NCBI RefSeq assembly: GCF_009914755.1 | Contig: NC_060926.1 | DNA length: 64,000 bases | Strand: one strand, 5' to 3' | DNA from: the human T2T-CHM13v2.0 reference genome, Homo sapiens | Part shown: positions 13,941 to 26,966 of the stretch, piece by piece | Position numbering within the stretch: position 1 is the first letter of the stretch | Layout: each line of letters starts with the position of its first letter | The notes under the pieces: generated by a model | Database searches by the model: none | Seen by the model: only the letters and a program-made list of their open reading frames with translations | What the model was told of the DNA's origin: nothing | Program-made: the position numbers and the translations under genes

Positions 13941-14119
13941 TACAGATGAGCTCAGTAAGGAAAGCTTGATTCCTTTACAGGATTTACGGAAAAGCGACAT
14001 GAAGCCACAGTTCACTAACAGAAAACACATTTAGTAAGCAAATATGTACAAAAATGTTTGTCTGCCTTAGTAAGGGAGAAATACCATACAATAAAATACC
14101 ACCTTTACATCCCTGAAAT

Positions 14120-14216
14120 GAGAGAGAGAGACAGGGAGAGGGAGAGGTGAAGAGAGACGGAAGGAGAAAGAGAGGGAAGTTGGGGAGAGGAAAAAAAGAA
14201 AAAAGAAAGAGAAAAG
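14120..14216 (+). repeat. GA-rich polypurine low-complexity tract
   Basis: About 97 bp almost entirely A/G: GAGAGAGAGAGACAGGGAGAGGGAGAGG...AAAAAAAGAAAAAAGAAAGAGAAAAG. Confidence 0.8.
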
Positions 14217-14299
14217 TGCATACTCTAATCTTGGTGAGGTCGCAGTGAGATTGCATACTTCCTGCCACCCCCAGTTGCAGTGCAGTAGGAGCTGCACTA

Positions 14300-14710
14300 A
14301 AAAATGATAGATCGAGAGTTACAAAGAATCTTTTCCTGAGATTTTTAGCATAAGGAAATAATTTAACGAAAAAGAAAATTTCATGTACCAAAATGATAAT
14401 TTCATAATTATTTATAGTATAGTGATATTGCAGATGATCTAAATGCCTAGTGATAGAATGTCATCATAATTCATGAAATCTGTAGATTATCCAAGCATGA
14501 AAATAGCCATTTTGAAGAAGACATATGTAATATAATGTTAAGTGGAGAAATCTGAATACAAACTTTGTTATATCAGTACCTAATTTTTTGCTTATGTATA
14601 GAAGTAAGAACATAGAAAAATTAAAACAGTTGCTATGTTAATTGTGATATTATGATTTTCTTTATTAAATAGCATTTTTTTATTATAACATTGCTTTTGT
14701 GATAAGTGAA
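14300..14710 (+). mobile_element. L1ME-like 3' end
   Basis: TCATAATTATTTATAGTATAGTGA...CTAAATGCCTAG...TATAATGTTAAGTGGAGAAA...ACATTGCTTTTGTGATAAG. Confidence 0.55.
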
Positions 14711-15101
14711 ATTGAGAAGTAAACCAATTAGCTAGATGAGATATGGGGAAGCTTTGTAAACGCTCAGTACCATTATTTTGGGATGAGCGAAAAAGTTACA
14801 GTTATGTACTAGAAAGAGGCTGGGGCTTTGAGTGTAAATAAATTTGGTCGTTGAATTCTGGCTGCAGCATGTGGTTTTAGGTCAATCACAGCAAATTTGA
14901 CCCTTGGTTTTTTTCATCTGAAAAAAAGTCTAGACACTTGGATTAGTAGTCAATAAAATTTAGTTTTTTTTCTGAAGTGATCCTCCTATGAATTTCAGGT
15001 TGTAAAAAGCAAGTAAAAACCAACCAAACAAGAAACTCACACCACCAAAAGTCTAAGTTAATTCTATCCAGTCCTATCAATTGAAAAATACTTCCTTTTA
15101 A

Positions 15102-15453
<352 letters not shown>

Positions 15454-17850
15454 CGTTTGATAGCTGCTTTGCTGAATCGCAGCATCTGTATCTTCTTTTT
15501 TAATTTTTGAAGCACTAGAATAAGTATTTGGAAAAAGAAATTTTTGCTTTGTCTAATTATTGAAAATATACCTGTGTCTGGCCAGCATAATGGTAACCCA
15601 TCCCTGTCTGTGGCTGTCAGAATGGGAGATTTAGAAGACACCAATGTAGGATGAACATTCTAAATTTATGAGCGCAACTCTTCTTATCTGATTCAAAAGT
15701 TGGAAAGAGTCATCCAATAAGCTAAATACTTAGAGGCGAAATGAATTAAGTTTTCTTTGAGAACAGCATAAAGTCTTTCTCCTAATTATGCTAATGATTT
15801 CCTCGGCAAATAGAAATGTGTTATATTCATATTACTGGTGGTACTTTAGATAATTTTAGGTACTTTATATATATTTTAGTTACTTTATATATATTTTAAT
15901 AATTTTTAATGATTATATTTTTATTTTACTGTGTATTAGAAAAAAATAGTCACCAAAGCTTCATATGCACATGCATATACTAGGAATTATGCAAGATGAT
16001 CTATTTTGGTACAAGAAATATAAAGGAACTATTTACATTCCTTTCTTAATTGATTCTTTCATTTTTCTTTTTGTTATAATATATATATTATGCAGTAATA
16101 AATGTACATTGTTATAAATAAAACAAATGACTGGATGTACATGCTAAAAATATTTGACTTATAAGATATAGAAACCGCTGTATTTGAACAATATTGGTTT
16201 TCCATCTTTAGTACTGGTATAAAGTTTCCTTTGAAAATTAAATTACAAAAGTAGTTAACATAGAGTAAACAATAGTACGGATAGTAACACAGATAAGTCA
16301 CAGACCAGGGTAGTGAGATAAGAATTACTAAAGTTTGGAAATCCTCACAGAGAGTATTGGATGATAGAAGGCATATGGCAGTATCCAAATAAAAGCACAT
16401 TCATCTGCTAGCCTTTTCCCATGCTCATGGGTATCTGGAAAAGCCGGTCATCCTAGAATAGCAGAAGGTCATTAATCCTGATTAGAAAAAGGGTGGAGAG
16501 GACACTGAAGGCATTCGGTAGGCCAGTTAAGAGACTGGTGCCAGGACACAAAAGATCATAGGTGCAGGGGTCAACATCTGCTTCTATGTAGTGTCTATCT
16601 ACTACTTTCAGACTTATGCCTTCTTACTTAAAGTTCTAGTTCATGACTGATTTGGAGTAGAAGGAGATTTGAAATTCCAATAGCATAAGAAAAAGGTGTA
16701 GATAAAAATAATTCATTTAGTCAAATATTTTGCGTACACATTTTTTTTTGCAGCCATCCCCCACCACCATACCAAAGTGGAGGTACTGCAAGAAAATGAA
16801 GCTGAAGCTGCTTACCGGGCAAATTGGAAATAAATCCTAAATAGTGTATTTTTGACACTAAAGATAAAGTACCCCTTCAAAGTATCAATTTATAAATTTA
16901 TACATGCTTTGATTTTTTTAAAGAAAAGTAGAAAACAGTCTGTATATTTCTCTTAAAACGCTTTAAGGTGAAAATACTACAGAAGAAAGTCTCCAGGTTT
17001 TGACCAAATGTTCTAGTTATGAATCTATGTAATCATTAGAGAAAGAAGTAACCACTTCAGTGTGAGAATCATCTTTTCTAAGCCATTTGTATTATGTGAG
17101 ATAGAGGGAAAATAGGTTGTGGTTATTTTTGCCAAATAATTAGCTATTATTAACATGAAAACTATGTATCAACAAAAGGACTGGAAGAACACCCACAGTA
17201 CTTAGGCCAAAGTAAGAAATTGTTGATTGCTGGATTTTATGCTCAGGGACATTTTAAAAAAATTAACAAGGGAAAACACCAGCCCATCTGCATTATGATG
17301 GTTTTGAATTCAGTTTCATTTCTAGTTATAAGGATTGTAAGGAAATTTTTGATCTTTCTTTTGCATCAGCCTCAGTTCACTCCCTTTGCAGCACTGCATA
17401 ATTGTTGCGTATTTACCTCCCTAGAATTTGCCTATGCTTGTCACTAGTGGGTGTGAATGCAGCATAAGGGGAAGGATACAGGTGATGTCTAGGAACCTCA
17501 AGTTGAACTTTTGCCTTCTTGAACACTGCTGGGGCAAAAAACTAAAAGCCCTAGAGACTTCCAGCTCCTGGTAAGTATGACTCATTAAGTACCAATCTTT
17601 AATAAATCTGCCTGGTCAGACTCATTCTTTTACTTAGAGAAATATAGGTCTGAAGAGAATTTTGAGCTGTCATAAAATTCATCTCTGTTGATTGTACTCA
17701 GGACTAACCAGAGACTCAAAGATGTTGGCCCAAACACTTATTTTTCTCATTGCAGTGGCTGACAGCTTTCATTGCTGAATCTATGCTATGGCTTATTTCT
17801 TTTTGTGTGCTTTTTCAAGATGAAAAATCACTAGAAGCTTTTGAAGAATA

Positions 17851-17981
17851 TTTTATTTTGTTTAGAGACAAGTGTCTTGTGGTATTGCCCAGGCTAGCCT
17901 TGAAATCCTGGTCTCAAGTGATCCTCTCACCTCAGCTTCCCATGAAGCTAGGATTATTGGTATGCACTATAGTGTCCGGCT
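17851..17981 (-). mobile_element. FLAM (free left Alu monomer)
   Basis: Single ~130-bp diverged monomer TTTAGAGACAAGTGTCTTG...CCCAGGCTAGCCTTGAAATCCTGG...GGATTATTGG...GTCCGGCT; GAATAT on both flanks. Confidence 0.8.
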
Positions 17982-20900
17982 GAATATCTTTTTTTATATG
18001 GGGAGAATATCCCTTTTAGACATTTCTTAAATATGCAGTGATACTGGGAGTTTGACTGATAGACTTAAAGCTCTTTGTTTGGTTTAAAATTAATATTAAT
18101 GCCATTTGCCTTTAGCTTTTCCCGATTGGTCAGCGATGTCTTATAATCCAGCTCATCTTTTTATTTTTCCTTCATTATTTCCGTGGGAGAGAAGCCCATA
18201 TAAAACACACAAACACAAAGATAGTAGAGGTCCTATTTAGGTCTTTGACTTTTATAAGCTTTTTTCTGTATCTCATCTTAATTAGCAAGCGAGATCAGAG
18301 GAAACATACTGAACATAAGAAGAGAGAGGTGATGAGACAAAGGCTTTAGGAATATTATTGTGTCTCTAATAGTTTCATGTGGGTTGAAGGCCATCTGGAT
18401 GGCATTATGGGAAAAGGGCAACCTGCTGGGATATTTGGAAGAGAATCAGGTTTATTAGATAACTTGTGCAATAAAATTCAAATTTTGGAATACCTGAAAG
18501 GAACAAAGAAGTGAGGGAGCTATAAAAAGAAATATTTGATTGTCATATGGGTACTCTAGAAGTGAATATGATATTATGGACAGGAGCAGTTGTTATTTTA
18601 GGGAGCATATTGTTCATATGACCCAAAAAAACAATATGGAGTTACTCAAAACAAAGAAGACAGAATTCATGTGCTCGCAGTTGGTTTTTAGGAATGTACC
18701 TCGGCCTTTATAACTGATAGAAAAATATGAAATCTCCCCCTCTTTTTGAAGCAAAATATTCCTTTTTCTAGTTTTCTCTTGACTTTTTAATGTTTAGCTC
18801 ATGTTAAAGATAGAATTCTGGTCCTCATAGATTTTCTTGAATTTTGTACAGTTTTTAAGGAGAAAAACTTTTTATCAATTATTTCAGTATTTTCCTTTAG
18901 AAAAAGCATGCTTATGAAGAACCGTTAAATTTATGTTACAGTTTAATTGTTCAGATGATACATAAGATAGCATTTTAGTCCAGTATTCTCGAATAAAAGA
19001 ATGTGATCTCTAAGGTTAGAAGCACTAACTTAGGGAACTGAAGTGCACGGTATACAGCAGCTTTCAGTTCTGAATTTTTACCAGTTTGGTTTATGTGGCT
19101 GGTAAGAAAAATCTACATGAATGCATGTGGGGCAATTGTTGCCATTCTTTACATTAGGACATGTTAAACTGTAGGAAAGCCATCTATATTTGCCAACAAA
19201 ATTGCTGAACTTTTGGTAATAATTTGTCCCCAATAGTGTCAGAAAGACAAAATGTAAGTGGCTGTACTTAGTTACATAGTAGTCATCCAAAGAATTTTAA
19301 AAAGGTATTTATCTTTAAACATAGTCTAATTATACTATGTATTAAATATATATATAATTAAAGTGAAAACATATGTTTTAAAAAATCTCTTACAGGTCTG
19401 CCATCTATGGCCTCTACTTTGAGAATTATTGGCCAAAACAATTTCTTCTTCCTATCTATTTAACTGTCACGTGCTATTGTCTCTATGGCAAAAAATAGGG
19501 GATGAGAGCAGGTGTAATAAATCCATGCAGAAGAGATCATCATTTGATGTTAGATTTCCAAGACATTTAGCATTTGCCCAATTCAACTACCTTATGTTGA
19601 CAGAAGACTGACCCAATGAGATGAAGTGATTTATACGCAGTAGCACAGCTAACGTAAGACTCAACCCCAGGACTCCTGACTTCCAGTTTAGTACACTCTG
19701 GTGTACAGCTGTCAGAAAGAAATACAAATGCATTTTTATCAGAGCAGTGGAAAGAAAGAAAATAGTATTTGGTTAATATGGATACATATAAAATTAGATT
19801 ACTTTGGTTTCTAAATTTTCCTTTCTTGTTGGATTAGGTTAGTTTAAAATATATTGAGCTTTATTTCATTTTTTACTTTTTATTTTTGCTTTTAAATGCT
19901 ATAACTTAAATATTAAGGTAGAAAATTCTTTTCTGTTCTCCAGTTGAAGAAAAAGATCTCATTTTATGAAGTCATTTAAGGCAGGAATATTAGGAACTGC
20001 CAAATGAAGAGTGGATATGTCTATTTGGGGTGATGTGGAGTATGGTGGAAATGCTTTGGGGGTATCAAACCTGGAACATCAGATTTGAAGGGAAATTAAC
20101 TTTTCTGTGCTGTTCTGCTTCATTTTATGCAATTCCATTCAACTTTTCACTCCTCACCAACCTCTGATTTACCCATTTGGACTGTATCATACATCAGCTT
20201 TTGGGGGGCTTGGTTTTCTGTCTATCCACTCAAATGCCGGTCATTAATGTCAACCTGTCTGTTTCCATGTCAGGTTTCACAGAACTCAACTGCACATGTT
20301 CTTTCTGTCACAAGTTTTCTTTTCTTTTTTTTCCCTAAGACAGAATTTCATGCTTAGTCAAAAGAGGTAATGGAAAGTAAAAAATCCATTTAACTTTCAG
20401 GTATTTTTCTGTGTTTGTGCTCAAAATTGGATATTATTTAGCATTGTATTTATTAGAGGAAAAATGATTTTTGATGCTCATACTTCATCTTCTCTTTTCC
20501 ATTAGTATGGTTAGACATTCCAGAGTCTGTACAAAGGAAATCAGCAGAGTAAGAGACTGAACAAGGGGGAGAGTAATGCCAAAACTGTCTTCACTCACAA
20601 ACTATCTTAATATTAAGCAGGTCACACAAGGAGGAGAGCAAATGCTGTTCTTGAAAAGATAATGCATTGAATATTTAACAAATGTTGTGTGATGTAATTA
20701 CTTGGAAAACATAGTACCTTTTCCAATTTAGAGGGATACTCAAAAAAGGAAAAAGCTGAGGTTTTGTTTTAATAATTAAAAAATGCCTACAATAAAAATC
20801 TCATGACTATAAGCATTTGATATTTAGGGATTTTATATATTTGTATGTGATTTCTATAATTCAAGTTTTGAAGAAATAAAATTATAGCAGTTGCTACCTT

Positions 20901-20999
20901 TTGCTGATATGAAGGTCAGCTGTGTGCTAATAAAGTTTGTTTAGTGAAGGCCAGCCATCTGCTAATGAAGTTTGCTCTACATCAACTCATTCTGTATAG

Positions 21000-21140
21000 T
21001 TAGGTAAATGATGTCATCTTTATTTTATAGATGAAGACACTGAGGTTCAGAGGTGAGAAGTAACTGCTAAGATTGCACTGCTGTCATATGCCAGAGCTGG
21101 GAAGTATCTAGGCTTTCTGGTGCCGTCCTTCTCACTGAAC
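21000..21140 (-). mobile_element. MIR SINE
   Basis: ATTTTATAGATGAAGACACTGAGGTTCAGAGGTGAGAAGTAACTGCTAAG MIR core. Confidence 0.75.
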
Positions 21141-21307
21141 CCTGTAGCCACTATGCAATGAAGCCAGCATAGTACTTCACTGGACCAAAACCATGGCCCA
21201 GTTAAATTGATGTCAGCCGCAAAGGGCTCACAAATGATTGTGTACATGAAAACAGGACATATTTAACAACCTTTGGGTTAACATTTTAGGATCTGAATAT
21301 GTGATAG

Positions 21308-21650
<343 letters not shown>

Positions 21651-22049
21651 GATATCTGCTTTTTTATAATATCTCTTTCCTGTACTCAGAATGCCCACTT
21701 CTTTCTCTAGTCCTCAATGTTGAAACTTCATCCATCATCCATCTTTCAAAGCCCAGATTAAATTAACACACTGTATGGGCTAATTCCAATCAAAAGTGAT
21801 CTATTCCTTCCAAGACTGTGACCATTTCATTTTAATGAGGACTTTTGACTCTATGTAGAGTACTGATGTCTGATTGCCCCTCTTGTAGAGCCTGCCCATA
21901 TAGATACAGTTCTGTCTGACTCCTCTTGGTATTTCATATTGCAAGTGGCTTGCTTCTAATGATATCTTAATACTAACTTGTTGAACAAATGAAATGACAA
22001 TAAAGACAGGAACTGCCATGAGTTTCTAACATAGAGGTTCTATAGATGG

Positions 22050-22300
22050 GATGATGATGATGATGATGAGCTAACATTTTATCCATACTTAGTCTGAGGA
22101 AAAAAACTGTGAAAACTGTTTTATAATCACATTTTGCCATCCTAACAATACTCTTAAGAAGGGATTATTATTATCCCAATTCTACAGATCAGGAAATGGT
22201 CTCAATGAATTAATATAGTATGCCTACATTCACAGAGATAGTAGGTAACAGGGCTAAGATTTAATCCCAGGTCCATGTGACTCTGCAGCTAAAGCCTCCA
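22050..22300 (-). mobile_element. MIR SINE with (GAT)n tail
   Basis: GATGATGATG...GCTAACATTT...ATTATTATCCCAATTCTACAGATCAGGAAA...GATTTAATCCCAGGTCCATGTGACTC. Confidence 0.7.
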
Positions 22301-22345
22301 GGCCATGGAAATGAATATCTTTTTACTCCTCTGTGTTTGCTCCAG

Positions 22346-22493
22346 AACTTAAGGCTATACAAAGTCTCCTCAGATAAAGCCATAGCCATCTAAGAGATGG
22401 GGCAGCAAAAGAGGGGAAAACCCAGGGCTACTAAATGTACTTGTGCAAAGTGTACATGCGCACAGACCTCCATGTGAATAGTAGCTCCTGGAG
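22346..22493 (+). other. Candidate non-coding internal exon (148 nt)
   Basis: Acceptor TCTTTTTACTCCTCTGTGTTTGCTCCAG|AAC and donor GAG|GTAAGT; stop codons in all three frames; no transcript evidence available. Confidence 0.35.
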
Positions 22494-24499
22494 GTAAGTG
22501 TTCAGTGCACAATCTGCACAAACTTTCATGACAGCCCTGAAATTTGTGCCTTATTTGAAGCAAGCAATTCCCTCACTCTTCCATCTAAATGTTGACTGGT
22601 TAGGGGGACTATACATTTCTCCTGTTTACTCCAGGGATTATTTTAGTCAAAAGACAGATACAAAAAAAATCTACATCTTAGCTTTAAGTTCTGAAATAAG
22701 CACAAAAGGGAAAGGTAACTTGTTGTATACAGTCAGAATCTCATTTTCTAAAATAATTATTAACAATAAATACTCATAAAAGATTTTAAGTAATAAGTAA
22801 TTATAATTCTGAGTAAGTATTAAAATATCATTATTTCCCAAAGAATTAAAACACATTGGTGAACAGTATCTTTGATTTTTCTCAATGTTATCCAATAAGG
22901 ATTCTCCTAAAGGTGATTTCGGATTCATAATATTGTAGGCACTGAAAAATAAATAACCTGGCAGATGCAATGCCACATGACAGATCTGAAAGCATGTTCC
23001 TTTAATCTGTGTCTCACTGTTTCACTAATCTATCTTTTTAAATATTTCCAAAGGTCTCCCCAAAGTCTTAGCTTGAGTTAACACTCTAAGCTCTTGATAT
23101 TCATTCCTTCATTTAGAAACTATTATCCAAGCCTTGAAAAGAGCCACTTAGCCATTCATTCTAGGAAAGTAAAGATTTATTCTGGTGAGCTTTCAAAAAC
23201 CTTAACTTTCATTTCATTAGTCATTCATGTATTGTCATAGCAGAGCGAAAGTGATGGCAGTACACTTCCATTCTCTAGGCAAGTGTGATTCTTATATGTA
23301 AAGATGCACAGGGTATCTGATGCTCAAATAAGAGGTCTAAGTCATGGTCAAAATTAACCTAGGAACCTATCTTCAAGTGTTTTTCTAACAACAATTGTTG
23401 TTCTCCTGCCAAAGCAAAGTTCCCCTTGACCATGTGTTTCCAATTGCTTTCTCCGTGTGTAGTCAATTTTGTGCTGCTTTCCTATTTTTTACTACCTTAT
23501 CCCCTCAGCTTTTTCACACCCTGTTTCTTAACTGATTTTCATGTCAGCCTTGAGCCCTCATTGTAGCAGAGCACCTTGGTTTCCCAGTCCTTTGCCTACC
23601 TGCTTTTTGATACCAACACTGCCCGGCTAGCTGCTTGGCTGCTCTGTAGCTGATGCCCACTGCCACCACGTTGCCTTTTCTCTTATTGTCTAAGTTTCCT
23701 ACCACTTCCTCAGCCTCCTTAGTCATCAGTGTCTTACCTCTGCCCCTCCTGCAAATAACTCCTCACCTAGTCAGTGAGTTGCCACTGATTAGTGGGGAGA
23801 GTCACTGATTTGGGATGTTAATGATCTTTGTTATAGAAACTAATGGAGAAATTTTTAGGTTGATGATGGCCAAGTCTTTATTCCAGTCTAGAACTTTCTG
23901 CTAGTTTCCAAACTCAAATATCCAGATAATTTTGTCAAAAATGTCTCCCTAGTTTTCCCACACTATGTATGTACAGTATTGAGCTAGTTATCTCCCATCT
24001 CCCATAAACCAGTTGTGTCTTCTGTATTCACTCTTTCCAATGATATCATCCTGGCTAGAAGCCTGAGGATAATTCTTGACATCTTTTTTTCTCTCCTTCC
24101 CTCCCCACATCCAGTAACTTGGGAAATGTTGTCACAAAATCCAAATCATGCTGTCCTCTCTGTTCTCCTTTCTCTAATGCTGGTTAAGGCCTTATCATTC
24201 ATTTTTTCAGCTCAATCTATGTCATTTCTCCAGCCTTGCCTCCCTCAGTGTGGCTTTTTGGCTTCCTCTCATGTACAGGATAAAGTAAACATTTTTTATT
24301 GTGACTTTATTTTATGACCCCTGGTTCTGCTTTTATGTCTTGCCAATCAGTGCCCCATTCTCTATGTTTCTTGGCACCATAATCCTTGGAGTTCTTCATA
24401 TCTCCATCTTCGCTTTCTTCTTGGTGAATTTGTGACATTTCTTCACATGGACTTTGCTATCCATTTCTTGTTTGGCAACTGTTATGCACTTTCAGTTTG

Positions 24500-25080
24500 A
24501 GAATACATGGTTTTATTTAATTTGGAAAAATTTTGAGCTATCATCTTCTCAAACACTGCTTATCTGCTGCTCCCTCAAATCTCTTCTGCTTGGATGCATG
24601 AATGTGTATTGGAGTTCCTCATCCTCTATGTCTCCGAGCTTCCCTTTTCAATTTTTATCTTCACATGCTTCATTACTGTTTGACACCTCAGATATTGTCC
24701 AATTCACCAGTTTCTCCTTTAGCTGGTGTTTGTCTACAGCATTTCCAATTAATTGTTTTCTTTATTTTAAACATTTTGTTTCACATTTTTGGAATTCTAA
24801 TTAAGTGTCCTTTCAGATACCCAGTCTCATTTCTATTTATTCTGTTTTTTTTCTTAAATTTCCTATTACCTTATTATTTATTCTAAATGCCATGCATATC
24901 TTCATCATTTTGATGATGTTAAATATAAGTATTTTAAAGCTACTTAGGAACTTTCTAGTTATTTTCATTTCGCTTAGGGTGTGTCGTTCTACTGACTTAT
25001 TGATTTTATTGGTTTGTTCTCCTAGCTCTTTTTCTCTCATGTATTTTGGAATTTGAATCTTCAGACTAGAATTGAGTGGG
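24500..25080 (-). mobile_element. Ancient L1 (L1M) ORF1-region fragment
   Basis: TTTAATTTGGAAAAATTTTGAGCTATCATCTTCTCAAA... T-rich antisense L1 ORF1-type sequence. Confidence 0.55.
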
Positions 25081-25089
25081 GTTTGTTTC

Positions 25090-25180
25090 ATTGCCTTCCT
25101 GTCCTGCACTCATCCCTTCCTATATTGCCTTCCTGTCCTGCACTCATTGCCTTCCTGTCCTGCACTCATCCTCCTCTATA
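25090..25180. repeat. Tandem repeat, 22-bp unit ATTGCCTTCCTGTCCTGCACTC x3
   Basis: Identical copies at 25090-25111, 25124-25145 and 25146-25167. Confidence 0.92.
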
Positions 25181-26776
25181 TATAGAGACTTTTGAGCTTG
25201 TCTCTATCCAGTCACCCTGATTCTTCAGTTCACAACTAGGTCTTTGATTGCCCATGTAGCAGTTTTTTCTCGTGATGAAAATGAGGCTAAAACAGATGTT
25301 ATTACTGAGTCAGTGAGAGCTGTCAGGCTGTGTATGCTACTTCCAGCCATGTAACTACAAAATTTTATGTAAATAATAACCTTAGACAGAGGGCACTATT
25401 GAGGAAGACTGACAGGGAACTGCACTGACGTAATCCCTCTGGTTGCTTCTCCACCTTATCACTGATTCCTCTCAGGGAGAAGGAGTGACTTATTGGCTTA
25501 GAGAGTTTTTGAGATGGAATGAATGTATGTGGTTTAGATGCTTTGAGGTTTTTTCTTTGAGACTGTCTGCAAGTGGCAATGAGTGACTTCTGGTTTGCCC
25601 TCTTGGCCAAGATCTAATCTCAGCAGGGAGGCTCTGACTTTGCATAGGAGTGAGCAGTTTTGCATCCCTTCTGTTACTGGGTGGATAAATCTGTCTAATT
25701 CAGGAGACTGTTACCAACCCCACTGGCTATGCATCTAAGCCACACTCTCCAATTTAGCATTTATCAGCAATAAGGGATGCATTTTGATATCCATCTTTCT
25801 TACTCTCATTAATCTTTCCCTCTTCCTCTTCCTCTCCCTTTTCCTCTCCCTCTCCACTGGTTCTGAACTTGAAGAGGTAAAGAGATGCTATATATTGGGC
25901 TTTCTTGTAATCTAGGAGTGGTCATAGTCTTTTCACAGGCAGGTCTCCAGTTCCAAGCCTATCTCTAAACATCAATCTTGCACAGGGCATTCTTAATCTC
26001 AGTTTACTCACAGAAGCAGGAATTCCTAGCTTTCTTGCCTGGTTCGATAGCCTAAGAGCAGCAGAACCACAGTTTCAGGACCAGGCTTGAAAGATTTATG
26101 TTACTTGTCTGCTTTCAGACCACAGAGATATCTAACTTATTTATTTGATCTCAGCAGTGCCTTTTGGATTTTATCTATAACATTTTTATATTTTGCTACA
26201 TTTTAATAGCAGACAGAGGCCAGTGTGTAGCCACGTGGCTTTATAATTTTGTGTTAGCCTGAAATCCTTCTCAGCAACTTTGTGCATGTTATTTCCTCTA
26301 CCTGACATGCCTTTTGTGTCTTGTGTCTCCCTTGACCTAATTATTATTTAAGACACAGCTTTGATGGCACCTTTTTAAGAAAACTTGCCCTGCAAAGTTA
26401 GTCACTTCACTTCCAACCTGGAAATGATCCTTTTAGGTGTCTTCCGCACTAGGTTCTAAAATCCTTTAGGGCCAAGATGGTATCTTATACATTTTTGTGA
26501 CTCCAGCACAGGTCCAGTGCCTGATATAAAAGCATCTTTAATAAATGCCTTTTGATTTATTAAATCCTTATATATATTATAATGCTTGTTGATTGAATAA
26601 ATGCTTTTTGAAGTAAAGGTGTAATTGTGTATTTGCACTGTGGAATCATGTACAAAGTTTCCTCTTTTCTTTTTTACTGGAATGTCATTATCATTTCCAT
26701 CCACATTACCTTAATTTAAGGAGTCATCATATCTGAAAAGCAGCATGGTAAGATGGAAAAAAACATGGTCTTTGAA

Positions 26777-26966
26777 CTCTACTAAGACTACAAAAATTAG
26801 CCGGGTACAGTGTCAGGCACCCATAATCCCAGCTACTCGGAATGCTGAGGCAGGAGAATCACTTGAACCTGGGCAGCAAGGTTGCAGTGAGCTGAGATCA
26901 CGTCACTGCACTGTAGCCTGGGTGACAGAACAAGACTCCATCTCAAAAAAACAAAAACAAAAAAAA
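26777..26966 (+). mobile_element. 5'-truncated Alu (linker plus right arm) inserted in a MIR
   Basis: CTCTACTAAGACTACAAAAATTAGCCGGG...GACTCCATCTCAAAAAAACAAAAACAAAAAAAA; MIR-like flanks at ~26735-26776 and ~27070-27140. Confidence 0.9.

Noticed and set aside
15830-16340. Possible ancient hAT-Charlie transposon remnant
   Set aside because: Only a TIR-like end (AAGTTTGGAAATCCTC) is recognisable; too diverged to call by eye
25090-25167. Repeat-spacer-repeat pattern as a CRISPR-like array
   Set aside because: Human DNA, only three 22-bp copies, two directly adjacent, no unique spacers and no cas genes; a simple tandem duplication
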